A stretch of DNA of 64,000 nucleotides from Paralcaligenes sp. (GCA_039935015.1 JBDTLC010000017.1:17359-81358); one strand, 5' to 3'. Counted from the stretch's first letter, positions 38,942 through 47,791 are shown. The notes: generated by a model from the letters alone, not told the origin. Numbers and translations are program-made.

Positions 38942-39294
38942 CCGCGCCCACGCACGCTGATATGGCTCAGGCAGAGCGCAGCCAGGATGAACGTCACGAA
39001 TTTCTCTTGTATGCCCGGGGAGCCGGTTTCGCACTGTTGTTGACCTTAATACCGTTCGCGCTTGTGCATTGGAATGTCATGGCCCGTTCAAGCCTGTTCG
39101 TCACAATAGGGGCGTTCGCTCTGATCCAGATGATCGTCCACTTCCGATTCTTCCTGCACATTACTTTCCGACGCAAACGCGAAGATCTGCAGCTAATATT
39201 GTTCTCCGCTCTGCTGTTGTTCATTATGGTGGCGGGTACCATCTGGATCATGGCTAGCCTAGCGACCCGGATGGCGCTTCCAATACTGCCCTAA
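38938..39294 (+). CDS. cyoD: Quinol oxidase subunit IV
   Basis: G...A.LLT.IPF, Q..VH..FFLH, G..WIM; ATGA coupling. Confidence 0.88.
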   Translation: MTAPTHADMAQAERSQDERHEFLLYARGAGFALLLTLIPFALVHWNVMARSSLFVTIGAFALIQMIVHFRFFLHITFRRKREDLQLILFSALLLFIMVAGTIWIMASLATRMALPILP

Positions 39295-39401
39295 CGCGAT
39301 TTCCTTGCAAACTGTACAGAAGTCCGATCCTTGCGGGCGAGAGCCCCGACAATCCTTCAAGTCAATGGTCTATAACTTTGCACTATTCGACAAGGAAATA
39401 A

Positions 39402-40109
39402 TCAGCCGAGCAACAATCGGTGGCTTTCCCGCTTTACGACCCTATAACATTCGCATACGCGCTTTTCTAGGCCCGTCCGATCCAGTATCTGAATGTGACC
39501 GTGGGCGTAGCTAATTAGGCCTGCGTCCTGGAGCTTCGAGGCTGCCTCCGAAACACTGGGCCGACGCACGCCGAGCATGTCCGCGATCCGTTCCTGTGTC
39601 ATTATTAAATCGTTTGACTCCAGGCGATCCAGTCTATGCAGCAGCCAGCGACATAGCTGCTGGTCGATCGAGTGGTATCGGTTGCACACCACTGTTTGCG
39701 CCATCTGAGTTATTAATGCCTGCGTATAGCGCAACAGCACGTGCTGCGTGGCTCCGCCTAGGTCGAATTCGCACTTCAAGATATCGACGCGCAGCCGATA
39801 GGCCCAGCCTGTGCTTTGCACAACCGCCCCGCTAGGGGTAGTGCCCCCCCCCATGAACAAGGCCACGCCGACGACGCCTTCATTGCCCACTACCCCGATC
39901 TCCGTTGAGGAGCCTCCCGCCGTGACATAGAGCAGCGACACGATAGAATTGATCGGAAAATAGACGTGGTCAAGCAAGCCTCCCGATTCATAAATAACGT
40001 GTCCCTGAGGCAACTCGACCGGGATCAAGTGCGCAAGCAAACGATCCCTGGTTTCATGTGGCAGAGCCGCTAAAAGTTGATTTCGTTTCGGCTCATGCGT
40101 TATACCCAT
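39402..40109 (-). CDS. Crp/Fnr-family transcriptional regulator
   Basis: N.LLAAL, cNMP-binding fold (VYFP...VS...G.EG..G), CNRYH...QLCRWLL, HTH TQE.IA.MLGVRRPSVS; GGAG RBS before ATG 40109. Confidence 0.92.
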   Translation of the reverse strand: MGITHEPKRNQLLAALPHETRDRLLAHLIPVELPQGHVIYESGGLLDHVYFPINSIVSLLYVTAGGSSTEIGVVGNEGVVGVALFMGGGTTPSGAVVQSTGWAYRLRVDILKCEFDLGGATQHVLLRYTQALITQMAQTVVCNRYHSIDQQLCRWLLHRLDRLESNDLIMTQERIADMLGVRRPSVSEAASKLQDAGLISYAHGHIQILDRTGLEKRVCECYRVVKRESHRLLLG

Positions 40110-40297
40110 ACCGTCTCCAATCTTCATGTTTGGATCCCGTGACCGCATGACACACCACTACTTAGTGTATTTATTTTCCGCTTCCGCCCCGCTTTGTCAA
40201 TATCTGCACTAATTTGTAAGTGGCCGCAACAGAAATGACGGCTCGCGCCTGTCTGACGCTACTGATCTGGGCAAAGTGCAAGGTGTTTATTGCGCTA

Positions 40298-40313
40298 TGT
40301 ACGGTATCGAACC
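40298..40313. promoter_or_regulatory. Island palindrome site 6, TGTACGGTATCGAACC
   Basis: Between divergent crp-like and luxR-like genes; GACAAT 21 nt downstream on +. Confidence 0.72.
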
Positions 40314-40490
40314 GACACCACCAGCAGGTCGAAAGACAATAGCGAATGGGGCCAGTAATTTGAAAGTGTATGCGTTCTTGACGACGAAATGGCGAGCGTT
40401 TTGTTAACGCTGAATTTAGCCGACTACGGGGAATCACATCAATCTCAACAAACGAATACGACAGAGTGCCGTTCTGAAAGGAAAAAGATA

Positions 40491-41450
40491 ATGACGACGA
40501 TTATTGTGGTTGAGCCGTACTCGCTTCTGCGTCTGGGTATATTACGGTCTCTGGACGTTCTAGCGCCCACCATACTGAGTGAAGCGATGGACTACTCTCA
40601 CCTGTTTCGGGACGAGCCTAAGATTGGCAGCACTGATCTTATAGTGCTGTCAGTTCCCAACAAAAAGGAAAGAACGATTGAACTGGTCAATGCTGCGGAG
40701 CGCGCTTTTGCGCCAAAATCTATTCTGTTGTTGTCTGATGTCTCTGCGTTAACCTATATGGTACCCGACATGTCTTCCATCTTGTCCGGATGCATGGCCA
40801 AAAACTCGTCGTCCGACATGCTGGTGGCAGCAGTGAGGCTCATACTGGCCGGAGGCAAATGCTTCCAGCCCGCAACACTGCCACCTCAAACACCAGCTTT
40901 GCGTTTTTCCGCCGCAACACCCGTCTCAGGTAGCTCCTATGTAGCTGCTTTGGCGGATGGCGACACTCCTCGTCGCCGCTGGTACGACAAGAACCTCCCG
41001 CCTCCGGTGGATGTTTCGCCAATTGACGCTGTTCAAGAGCACGTAGGGTTGCTAACAGAAACAGTTGCGTGCGAGCCAAAAGTCATCGAATGCGAACCCG
41101 ATCAGACGCCATACCCAAGTGAACAGAATTCTTCCCGTTCATCGCTGGTAGCCTCCGAAGCGGCCATGCTGAAGCTCACGCCACGCCAATATGAAGTATT
41201 GGTCCTTTTAGCACGCGGTTACCCGATGAAAACGGTCAGTCGTCAATTGAATATTTCGGTAGCCACTGCCAAGACCCATACGGTAACGCTATACCAGCGT
41301 CTGCAAGTGCATACTAGAAACGCGGCCGTTTATGCGGCGGTTTCCCGCGGAGCCACTCTCGGTTGGAAGGGAAAGGGGCTTGGTTTGTCTGGGTCACCTG
41401 CGCCCATGCGTGGAGCAACAGTAAGCGTTGAGAGGCGTCTGGACTGTTAA
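40491..41450 (+). CDS. LuxR/NarL-type regulator with atypical receiver domain and long linker
   Basis: N-terminal REC-like fold, C-terminal LTPRQYEVLVLLARG...K.V...LNIS.ATAKTH HTH. Confidence 0.85.
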   Translation: MTTIIVVEPYSLLRLGILRSLDVLAPTILSEAMDYSHLFRDEPKIGSTDLIVLSVPNKKERTIELVNAAERAFAPKSILLLSDVSALTYMVPDMSSILSGCMAKNSSSDMLVAAVRLILAGGKCFQPATLPPQTPALRFSAATPVSGSSYVAALADGDTPRRRWYDKNLPPPVDVSPIDAVQEHVGLLTETVACEPKVIECEPDQTPYPSEQNSSRSSLVASEAAMLKLTPRQYEVLVLLARGYPMKTVSRQLNISVATAKTHTVTLYQRLQVHTRNAAVYAAVSRGATLGWKGKGLGLSGSPAPMRGATVSVERRLDC

Positions 41451-41543
41451 GGTTCTTGCTTCAGTATTTTTACACCAAATCGCTTTGGGGTCGCAGTTCT
41501 GCTAGGAAGCCACCCTCAGCATCAACAATAAACGAGGTACTTA

Positions 41544-42017
41544 ATGAAAAAAATACTTGCTTCCACCATTCTCTCGTTACCCCTGCTGATCGCGCAGAAT
41601 GTACTCGCACAAACAAGCGCCCCTACGGATCAAAGTGTCAAATCCAGTACTCCCGAGATAAACGCAAACCCAGGTGTCGCTCCTTCCGCAACTGCCAAAA
41701 TGAACTCTACCGTTGCAGGAACGACCAATACTCGCGTGGACGGTATCGTTACCGGCTGGAGCGTTAAAGACAAGGTCATGGGCAAGACCATGTACAACGA
41801 GAACAAGGAGAAAGTCGGAGAGATTAATGACATTATTATCGCCCCCGACGGGAAAAGCACCTTTTTCATAGTAAGTGTGGGCGGCTTCCTCGGCATGGGC
41901 GATCATGCAGTAGCCATACCCTTTAGCGCTGTCACGTCGGCAGGCGATAAGCTGGTACTGCAGGGATATACCAAAAGTCAATTGAAGTCTATGCCGGAAT
42001 TTAAATATATAAGGTAA
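41544..42017 (+). CDS. Exported PRC-barrel domain protein
   Basis: Signal peptide, GWS.K..MGK..YN...EKVG.I.DII......VGGFLGMG.H.VAIP. Confidence 0.88.
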   Translation: MKKILASTILSLPLLIAQNVLAQTSAPTDQSVKSSTPEINANPGVAPSATAKMNSTVAGTTNTRVDGIVTGWSVKDKVMGKTMYNENKEKVGEINDIIIAPDGKSTFFIVSVGGFLGMGDHAVAIPFSAVTSAGDKLVLQGYTKSQLKSMPEFKYIR

Positions 42018-42209
42018 CTTTATAAAGAATTTCTCCATGCTGCGCTTTCCGCCCCGACAAGCGCATTTGCTGCCGGCGCTCTGAGCCATATTTGCAAAGC
42101 TGCGTACTTTGGCCTCCGCTAGGCACAAGACTTATTAGTTCAATGATTGGTAAGACGGAACTTAGTTTAAGTTCAACATACCTGGCGAAAACGAGACAAT
42201 TAAGCGTTC

Positions 42210-43295
42210 ATGCAAAGTTTGTTAAAGCACGAGACGTTTCTGCTTATTGCTATCGTAACGGTCGTTATCGGCTATGCTTCGAAGGTATTTTTTCCAATTG
42301 AAGGAAAAATGCTCGCGATCGCGGAGGTGGTGATCCTGATAGCGGCGATTCTATGTGCGTCACTAAGCATTGCCTATCACGCAGAGATTACGGCGCAAAA
42401 GGTTGGTGAGCCATACGGCACCATGCTGCTGACTCTATCATCTGTCCTGGTCGAAGTCCTCGTCTTAGGCATAATGACCATCAGCATTGCTTCTAACACG
42501 CTAGTACGTGACAGCATCTATTCGGCGGTAATGCTGGATATCAACGGGATATTGGGCATAGCCGCTCTGATTGGCGGAATCAAACACGGCGAACAATCGT
42601 ACAACGACGATTCCGCAAGAACTTACAGTGCCATGATTATGACGGCTGTGGGAATTTCAATGATCGTTCCTGAGTTCGTCGCCAAAGGTGCCTGGCAGGC
42701 CTATTCCACCTTTACTATTGTCACGATGTTATTGTTATACGGTGTATTCCTGCGCATGCAGGCAGGGCCGCACAGCTATTTCTTTAGTTACAGCTATCCC
42801 GACAAAAAGGGACGCAAATCGCCGATCGCGGCAGCCAACATAGGTCGTGTACATTCAATAGCGGTGATGGTGGGGGGAATTGTCGTAGTGGGTGCGTTGG
42901 CCGAATTGTTGCCGAAGTCATTGGAATTGGGCCTCCAGGGAATTCGAGCACCGCAAGGGTCGATAGCGCTGATCGTCGCGGTTATTTCAGCCACGCCAGA
43001 AATACTCACCGCCTTGCGCGCCGCACTGGAAAATCGTATGCAACCGGCAGTCAATATTGCGATGGGCGCATCACTTTCCACGGTGGTTTTGACAGTTCCA
43101 GCAATGGAAGCGTTAGCGCTGTATAGAGGTCAGCCTTTCCAGATGGCCATGACGCCGGTTCAGACAGTCATGATGCTTCTCACCCTGGTTGTTGTAGCAA
43201 TCAACCTTAATGACGGCCAAACAAACGCCATTGAAGGCATGACACATTTTGTACTTTTTGCCACCTTTCTGATGCTATTCGCTCTAGGCGTTTAA
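42210..43295 (+). CDS. chaA: Ca2+(Na+)/H+ antiporter ChaA family
   Basis: GEPYGT..LTLS...EV, RDS.YS.VM, GG.KH.EQ, .PE, N.A.G. Confidence 0.85.
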   Translation: MQSLLKHETFLLIAIVTVVIGYASKVFFPIEGKMLAIAEVVILIAAILCASLSIAYHAEITAQKVGEPYGTMLLTLSSVLVEVLVLGIMTISIASNTLVRDSIYSAVMLDINGILGIAALIGGIKHGEQSYNDDSARTYSAMIMTAVGISMIVPEFVAKGAWQAYSTFTIVTMLLLYGVFLRMQAGPHSYFFSYSYPDKKGRKSPIAAANIGRVHSIAVMVGGIVVVGALAELLPKSLELGLQGIRAPQGSIALIVAVISATPEILTALRAALENRMQPAVNIAMGASLSTVVLTVPAMEALALYRGQPFQMAMTPVQTVMMLLTLVVVAINLNDGQTNAIEGMTHFVLFATFLMLFALGV

Positions 43296-43410
43296 ATCTC
43301 GAAATTAACCAATGAATTTCCTTTTTTCGGCCAGACGTGGTTCTAGTATCTTGTGTCGAAAATATAGGTCTACAACCCTCGTACTGCTCTCCCCGCGTAC
43401 CCGAGAAAAG

Positions 43411-44328
43411 CTAAACATCATGAGTAGCCTTTCTTCGAGATCTGCCACCTTTCGCGACGTTCTGTTCAAACTTTATGGGCTCTGCAATTTCAGAAGCGAC
43501 CGCCGCATGATTAAGCAAGCCTACCAACGATACACCCCCGATAACGTTGCCCAGCAAGGTCGGAGCCATAAAGCGGAGCAGATAATCGGCGGCAGAAGTG
43601 TGCGCTATAAGCACAGAGTATGCGCCTTCCACAGATCCGGCAATAATATGTGAGAGCTGGCAAACAGCCACTACATACGTGATAAGTACAACGGTCAAGA
43701 GTCGGCCAGATCGAGCATTTGGAAGCAGCCACACCATCAACGCGATAAGCCATCCCGCAAACAGCGCGCGCATTAATGTGGGTACGAAGTCTCTGTAGGC
43801 AGGTTGCAGCGACAGTTCTGCAAATGCCTGCATGACTGCGGCGTCGAAAACCCCCGGAACAGTCAAAAGAGCCGCAAAACCGAATGTGCCAATGATATTC
43901 GCTAACAAAACGATTGCCCACAAGCGCATCGCAAGCAGGAACGTCTCCCAACTCGGCCTCGTAAGAACGGGCAGCAATGCCGTCAGCGTGCTCTCGGTAA
44001 ACAATTGCTGACGACCCAAAATTACGATAACAAAGCCAGTGCAGTATCCAAATCCGCTTACTAGGTGCCGCCATGGTGTCTCAGGCAGGCTCGCCTGGAG
44101 CACGGCCTGCGTGAGAAACGAGAAGCCCATGGACAGCCCTGCTGCGAGTGCAGACCAAGCCAAAGTGCCCACAGAGCGCTGTAGAGCAATCTCACCTTCC
44201 TCACGGATAATTTCATGAATAACTAGCGCTCGCGGCGTAGAGTGGTCTGCCGCCTGATCTCGCTCGGCAGAGTCCAAATGAGGAGATTGCGCGCCAGCAT
44301 GCTCTTGCGAGCTTACTTCTTTTCCCAT
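43411..44328 (-). CDS. Formate/nitrite transporter family protein (YfdC-like)
   Basis: QLFTE, N..G, GWLIALMVW, HIIAGS, GNVIGG. Confidence 0.88.
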   Translation of the reverse strand: MGKEVSSQEHAGAQSPHLDSAERDQAADHSTPRALVIHEIIREEGEIALQRSVGTLAWSALAAGLSMGFSFLTQAVLQASLPETPWRHLVSGFGYCTGFVIVILGRQQLFTESTLTALLPVLTRPSWETFLLAMRLWAIVLLANIIGTFGFAALLTVPGVFDAAVMQAFAELSLQPAYRDFVPTLMRALFAGWLIALMVWLLPNARSGRLLTVVLITYVVAVCQLSHIIAGSVEGAYSVLIAHTSAADYLLRFMAPTLLGNVIGGVSLVGLLNHAAVASEIAEPIKFEQNVAKGGRSRRKATHDV

Positions 44329-44453
44329 TCGTGTTTATGCTCGCGTGTCGTAAGCAGTATCTTTATGCGGCTGTTCAGAGCGAATCATGAATTGCACAGC
44401 GCAAGATACAGTCAGTCGATCGATCTAACTTTTTCGTGACGTCGAGCCCTTTT

Positions 44454-44852
44454 TTAATGATTAGCTCGAGAGTATGAGCGACTTCCCTGCCACCAAAATG
44501 AGTCCACCGTAGTTGGCCATTCGTTTTTATTGAATACGGGGGCATGTTTAAGGCGATCCATCTCTACTTGCAACACTACGACACCTTGCTTCGTATCTAA
44601 TAGCAATGCATCCCAGGGCACTGCAATAAGCTTCTTCCACATGCCGAGAAACCCGCCGAAAGACAGGACCGCATAGATCACTTTGCCAGACTGTATATCC
44701 AGCACGATTTCCGCGACTTCGCCTAAATCTTCTCCTATATGATTGCATACAGAGGCGCCAATCAAGGAACTCGCGCTCATCTGGCCGCGTTCGCCGCTGA
44801 CGTCGTTATTTACTCCGTCATGACCGTCCGTGTCTTGGTTTTGGTAGTCCAT
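44454..44852 (-). CDS. PRC-barrel domain protein (paralogue of 19099-19536)
   Basis: GEDLGEV.EI.LD..SGKV.YAVLSFGGFLGM..KL.AVPW.AL. Confidence 0.88.
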   Translation of the reverse strand: MDYQNQDTDGHDGVNNDVSGERGQMSASSLIGASVCNHIGEDLGEVAEIVLDIQSGKVIYAVLSFGGFLGMWKKLIAVPWDALLLDTKQGVVVLQVEMDRLKHAPVFNKNEWPTTVDSFWWQGSRSYSRANH

Positions 44853-44949
44853 TGACTATCTCCTGATAAATCGTATGACGATGTATTGACGCGATAGAAG
44901 CTTTTCGACGTCTGCTCGGATAAGAATGAACAAGAATCAGCATACCGTC

Positions 44950-44965
44950 TGTACGTTATCGCACA
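44950..44965. promoter_or_regulatory. Island palindrome site 7, TGTACGTTATCGCACA
   Basis: Minus-strand CATTCT 21 nt away, facing the PRC-barrel gene. Confidence 0.75.
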
Positions 44966-45022
44966 TATAACTCTCTAAATACTCTCGCGCTGCGGGTCAA
45001 CTTTAGCGAATACTGCACGGTG

Positions 45023-45038
45023 AGTTCGATAGCGCACA
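45023..45038. promoter_or_regulatory. Island palindrome site 8, AGTTCGATAGCGCACA
   Basis: GAAACT 21 nt downstream, facing the DUF3309 gene. Confidence 0.72.
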
Positions 45039-45175
45039 GACGGGCGTCAGGTTTTATATGAAACTAGCCGTAAGAACTTAGCGATAACCATCATGGCCAA
45101 TGGCGCGTACTTTCCCGTTGCACGACAGTTATTTGGACACCCAAACTTTCACGACTCACTATTAGGCGGCACAAA

Positions 45176-45334
45176 ATGACATTAGGAACAATTCTGTTAA
45201 TCGTTCTAGTTCTATTGCTGATCGGTGCGATTCCAAGCTGGCCCCACAGCCGTCAATGGGGTTATGGTCCCAGCGGTGGCATCGGGTTGGTGATTGTGCT
45301 CGTGATCGTGCTGTGGTTGATGGGCCTCATATAG
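45176..45334 (+). CDS. DUF3309 family small membrane protein (52 aa, absent from ORF track)
   Basis: MTLGTILLIVLVLLLIGAIPSWPHSRQWGYGPSGGIGLVIVLVIVLWLMGLI*; the P.WPHSR.WGY.PSGG signature. Confidence 0.9.
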   Translation: MTLGTILLIVLVLLLIGAIPSWPHSRQWGYGPSGGIGLVIVLVIVLWLMGLI

Positions 45335-45386
45335 CATTGCAGTATTACTAATGGTTTCTCGCTACATAACAATTCTGGAAAATGCC

Positions 45387-45653
45387 ATGAACTCAAAGCC
45401 GATTCTGGAAAATCAACCTGTCACTGACCGCAAAGCAGCATGGGGTATGTTAGCTCGTGCCTTCGAGTATGAGCATGCCACCGTTTCAAGAGTAGATTTG
45501 CTCGATTTCCGGGCTCCGATGAGCCTAGATAACAACACGAGAGCTCAAATACTCGAATGGGCATCCAATGAGTGGCTCACTGAACCGGCAGACGAAAGTG
45601 GCAGGATCCGCCTTACCCCAAAAGGTATAAAAGCGTGGCGACATGACGCGTAA
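45387..45653 (+). CDS. Hypothetical protein (possible winged-helix-like tail)
   Basis: Short ORF following DUF3309; ends ...IRLTPKG. Confidence 0.5.
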   Translation: MNSKPILENQPVTDRKAAWGMLARAFEYEHATVSRVDLLDFRAPMSLDNNTRAQILEWASNEWLTEPADESGRIRLTPKGIKAWRHDA

Positions 45654-45840
45654 TATAGCCCGTCGCGTACGAGTTATTCTGACGGATCGAGCATTAAAAA
45701 TTGCTCAGGCTATAGGCTAAACGCAGCCAGTTATCGAACGCGTCATAATTGCTCTAAAAGTAGAGCTCAGATCGGGTGTGCGGATCACCTATTTATACCC
45801 TGCCGCCTACAATAGCAAAAACATCACCTGCAAAGCAGCC

Positions 45841-47004
45841 ATGACGCGTCGCTTTTCTTTTTTTCTTCGTCTGCCGGTTATTTTATTTCTGGCTCACGTC
45901 TATACGGCAATACGGCTCGCGGCAGCGGCGCCTGCCGGGACTGCACGGTGGCTAACCGTAGCAGCAATGGCGCTAATCTATTTGCTGATCCTGGCGGGGT
46001 TTTACACGCGCCGATCGGTAGGTAGCTCGATCGGCGATGTCATTGCGTGGGCGGGTTTTTTGGCGCTTGGTCTGTTTTCATGGTTGTTTGTTTTAACCTT
46101 CCTGCGCGATATATTACTGTTGTCGATGGTGGCCGCAACAGCCATACACCGCGAAATCCTTAGCGATTCCGCCTCTCACCTGATACATGCGACCAGCGCC
46201 ATGGCCGTACCGGTGTTAAGCGTGGCGGCGGTTTTGCTGGGCCTTCTGAACGCTCGGCGATTGGCACGGGTCGTGGACGTTGAAATAAAACTAGCTGCCC
46301 TTGCGCCGTCTTTGCAAGGGCTTACCATCGTTCAGGTGTCTGACCTGCACGTCGGCCCAACCATCAAGCGCGGCTACGTCGATGCAGTGGTTGATGCCGT
46401 TAACAGGCTGTCGCCCGACATTATTGCTTTGACTGGAGATCTCGTCGATGGTGGCGTGGCGAGGCTAGCCGAAGATATCCGACCGCTAGCCAGGCTGAAG
46501 GCACGATATGGCGTGTATGCCGTCACCGGCAATCACGAATACTATTGCGGCGCGGCACAATGGGTGGCTGAATTCAGGCGGCTTGGGCTTGATGTCCTTA
46601 CGAACCAGCATCGCGTGCTGACACACCAGGGCGCCCGACTTGTGGTGGCGGGCGTCACAGATTTCAGTGCCCAGCGCTTCGATGCTTCACAGGCCAGCGA
46701 CCCTGTCCTGGCTCTGGCTGGCGCGCCAACCGGGGTGACCCTCAGAATTCTATTGGCACATCAGCCGCGCAGCGCACCGGCCGCCGCCGCTGCGGGTTTT
46801 GATCTGCAGCTATCGGGGCACACCCACGGCGGACAATTCTGGCCTTGGAAGTATATAGTCCCCCTGCAACAACCCTTTGTATATGGCCTGCATCGCCACG
46901 GCCCCATGGCGGTGTATGTCAGCCGCGGCACCGGCTATTGGGGGCCGCCAATGCGGCTTGGCGCGCGCTCTGAGATAAGCCGGATTCGCCTGATTGGAAA
47001 TTGA
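45841..47004 (+). CDS. Membrane-anchored metallophosphoesterase
   Basis: SDLH, GDLVD, GNHEYY, LAHQP, GHTHGGQ, SRGTG.WGPP.R. Confidence 0.92.
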   Translation: MTRRFSFFLRLPVILFLAHVYTAIRLAAAAPAGTARWLTVAAMALIYLLILAGFYTRRSVGSSIGDVIAWAGFLALGLFSWLFVLTFLRDILLLSMVAATAIHREILSDSASHLIHATSAMAVPVLSVAAVLLGLLNARRLARVVDVEIKLAALAPSLQGLTIVQVSDLHVGPTIKRGYVDAVVDAVNRLSPDIIALTGDLVDGGVARLAEDIRPLARLKARYGVYAVTGNHEYYCGAAQWVAEFRRLGLDVLTNQHRVLTHQGARLVVAGVTDFSAQRFDASQASDPVLALAGAPTGVTLRILLAHQPRSAPAAAAAGFDLQLSGHTHGGQFWPWKYIVPLQQPFVYGLHRHGPMAVYVSRGTGYWGPPMRLGARSEISRIRLIGN

Positions 47005-47038
47005 TTGTTTCTGACCCGTCAATGCCGTTTGGACTACA

Positions 47039-47791
47039 GTGGTCATAATGCTGCCTGAGGCTTCCTTGGAAAAAAACGTGCTGGCGCTTAACTCGGTTAC
47101 TAAAGCCTTTGGCGACACGCAGCGGCGTGTTGTCTTGCGTGACATTTGTCTCACGATTGGAGCCGGCGAATATGTGGCCATCATGGGAGAATCGGGCGTC
47201 GGGAAATCGACGTTGCTGAACTTGATTGCCGGCCTCGATCGGCCGGACAGCGGTCAGGTTATGTTTGCCGGCCAGGAGTTGGGTGCGCTCAGCGATGACC
47301 AGACAACGCGATTGAGGCGACGTCAGATGGGCTTCGTCTTTCAGGCCTTTCACGTACTGCCGCATTTAAGCGTCGTACAGAATGTCGCCCTTCCTCTTCT
47401 GCTCAACGGCGTCCGGCAGCGCGAGGCGCAGGCCTGCGCCCGCGCCATCCTCGCGGAAGTAGGGTTGGCTGGACGCGATGAGAGTATGCCGCACGAACTC
47501 TCAGGGGGCGAACTGCAACGGGTCGCTATCGCGCGAGCCTTGGTTCATAAGCCTGCGCTGTTGTTGGCCGACGAGCCTACCGGCAATCTCGACGCCGACA
47601 CAGCGTCTCAGATCCTGTACCTGTTGCGCGCACGGGTCAAGGCGAACCTTGCATCGAATACGGCGGGGCTGCTGGTCACGCATTCAGCGCGCGCAGCAGC
47701 GACCGCCGACCGCATTTTGTTGCTGACCTCCACTGGGTTGACGCCATACCAGCCAGTGTCGCCCCCGTCCGTAATGCGACCTGAGGATTGA
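47039..47791 (+). CDS. ABC ATP-binding protein, LolD/MacB type (AttE-like)
   Basis: GESGVGKS, GFVFQAF, LSGGELQR, ADEPTGNLD. Confidence 0.92.
   Translation: MVIMLPEASLEKNVLALNSVTKAFGDTQRRVVLRDICLTIGAGEYVAIMGESGVGKSTLLNLIAGLDRPDSGQVMFAGQELGALSDDQTTRLRRRQMGFVFQAFHVLPHLSVVQNVALPLLLNGVRQREAQACARAILAEVGLAGRDESMPHELSGGELQRVAIARALVHKPALLLADEPTGNLDADTASQILYLLRARVKANLASNTAGLLVTHSARAAATADRILLLTSTGLTPYQPVSPPSVMRPED

Noticed and set aside
39402-40109. O2-sensing FNR with canonical FNR or CRP boxes
   Set aside because: No N-terminal Cys cluster; the sites found differ from TTGAT-N4-ATCAA and TGTGA-N6-TCACA
16107-45038. Palindromes as parS sites for the ParB-like protein
   Set aside because: They differ from TGTTTCACGTGAAACA, sit at a fixed distance from -10 elements, and the ParB-like protein shows no HTH and has no parA partner
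45722-45742. Ninth motif copy (TTATCGAACG half-site)
   Set aside because: Only the right half matches; the left half AGCCAG does not
16044-45780. Integrative or mobile element explaining the stress island
   Set aside because: No integrase, transposase, tRNA or flanking direct repeat seen; 'island' is used only in the functional sense
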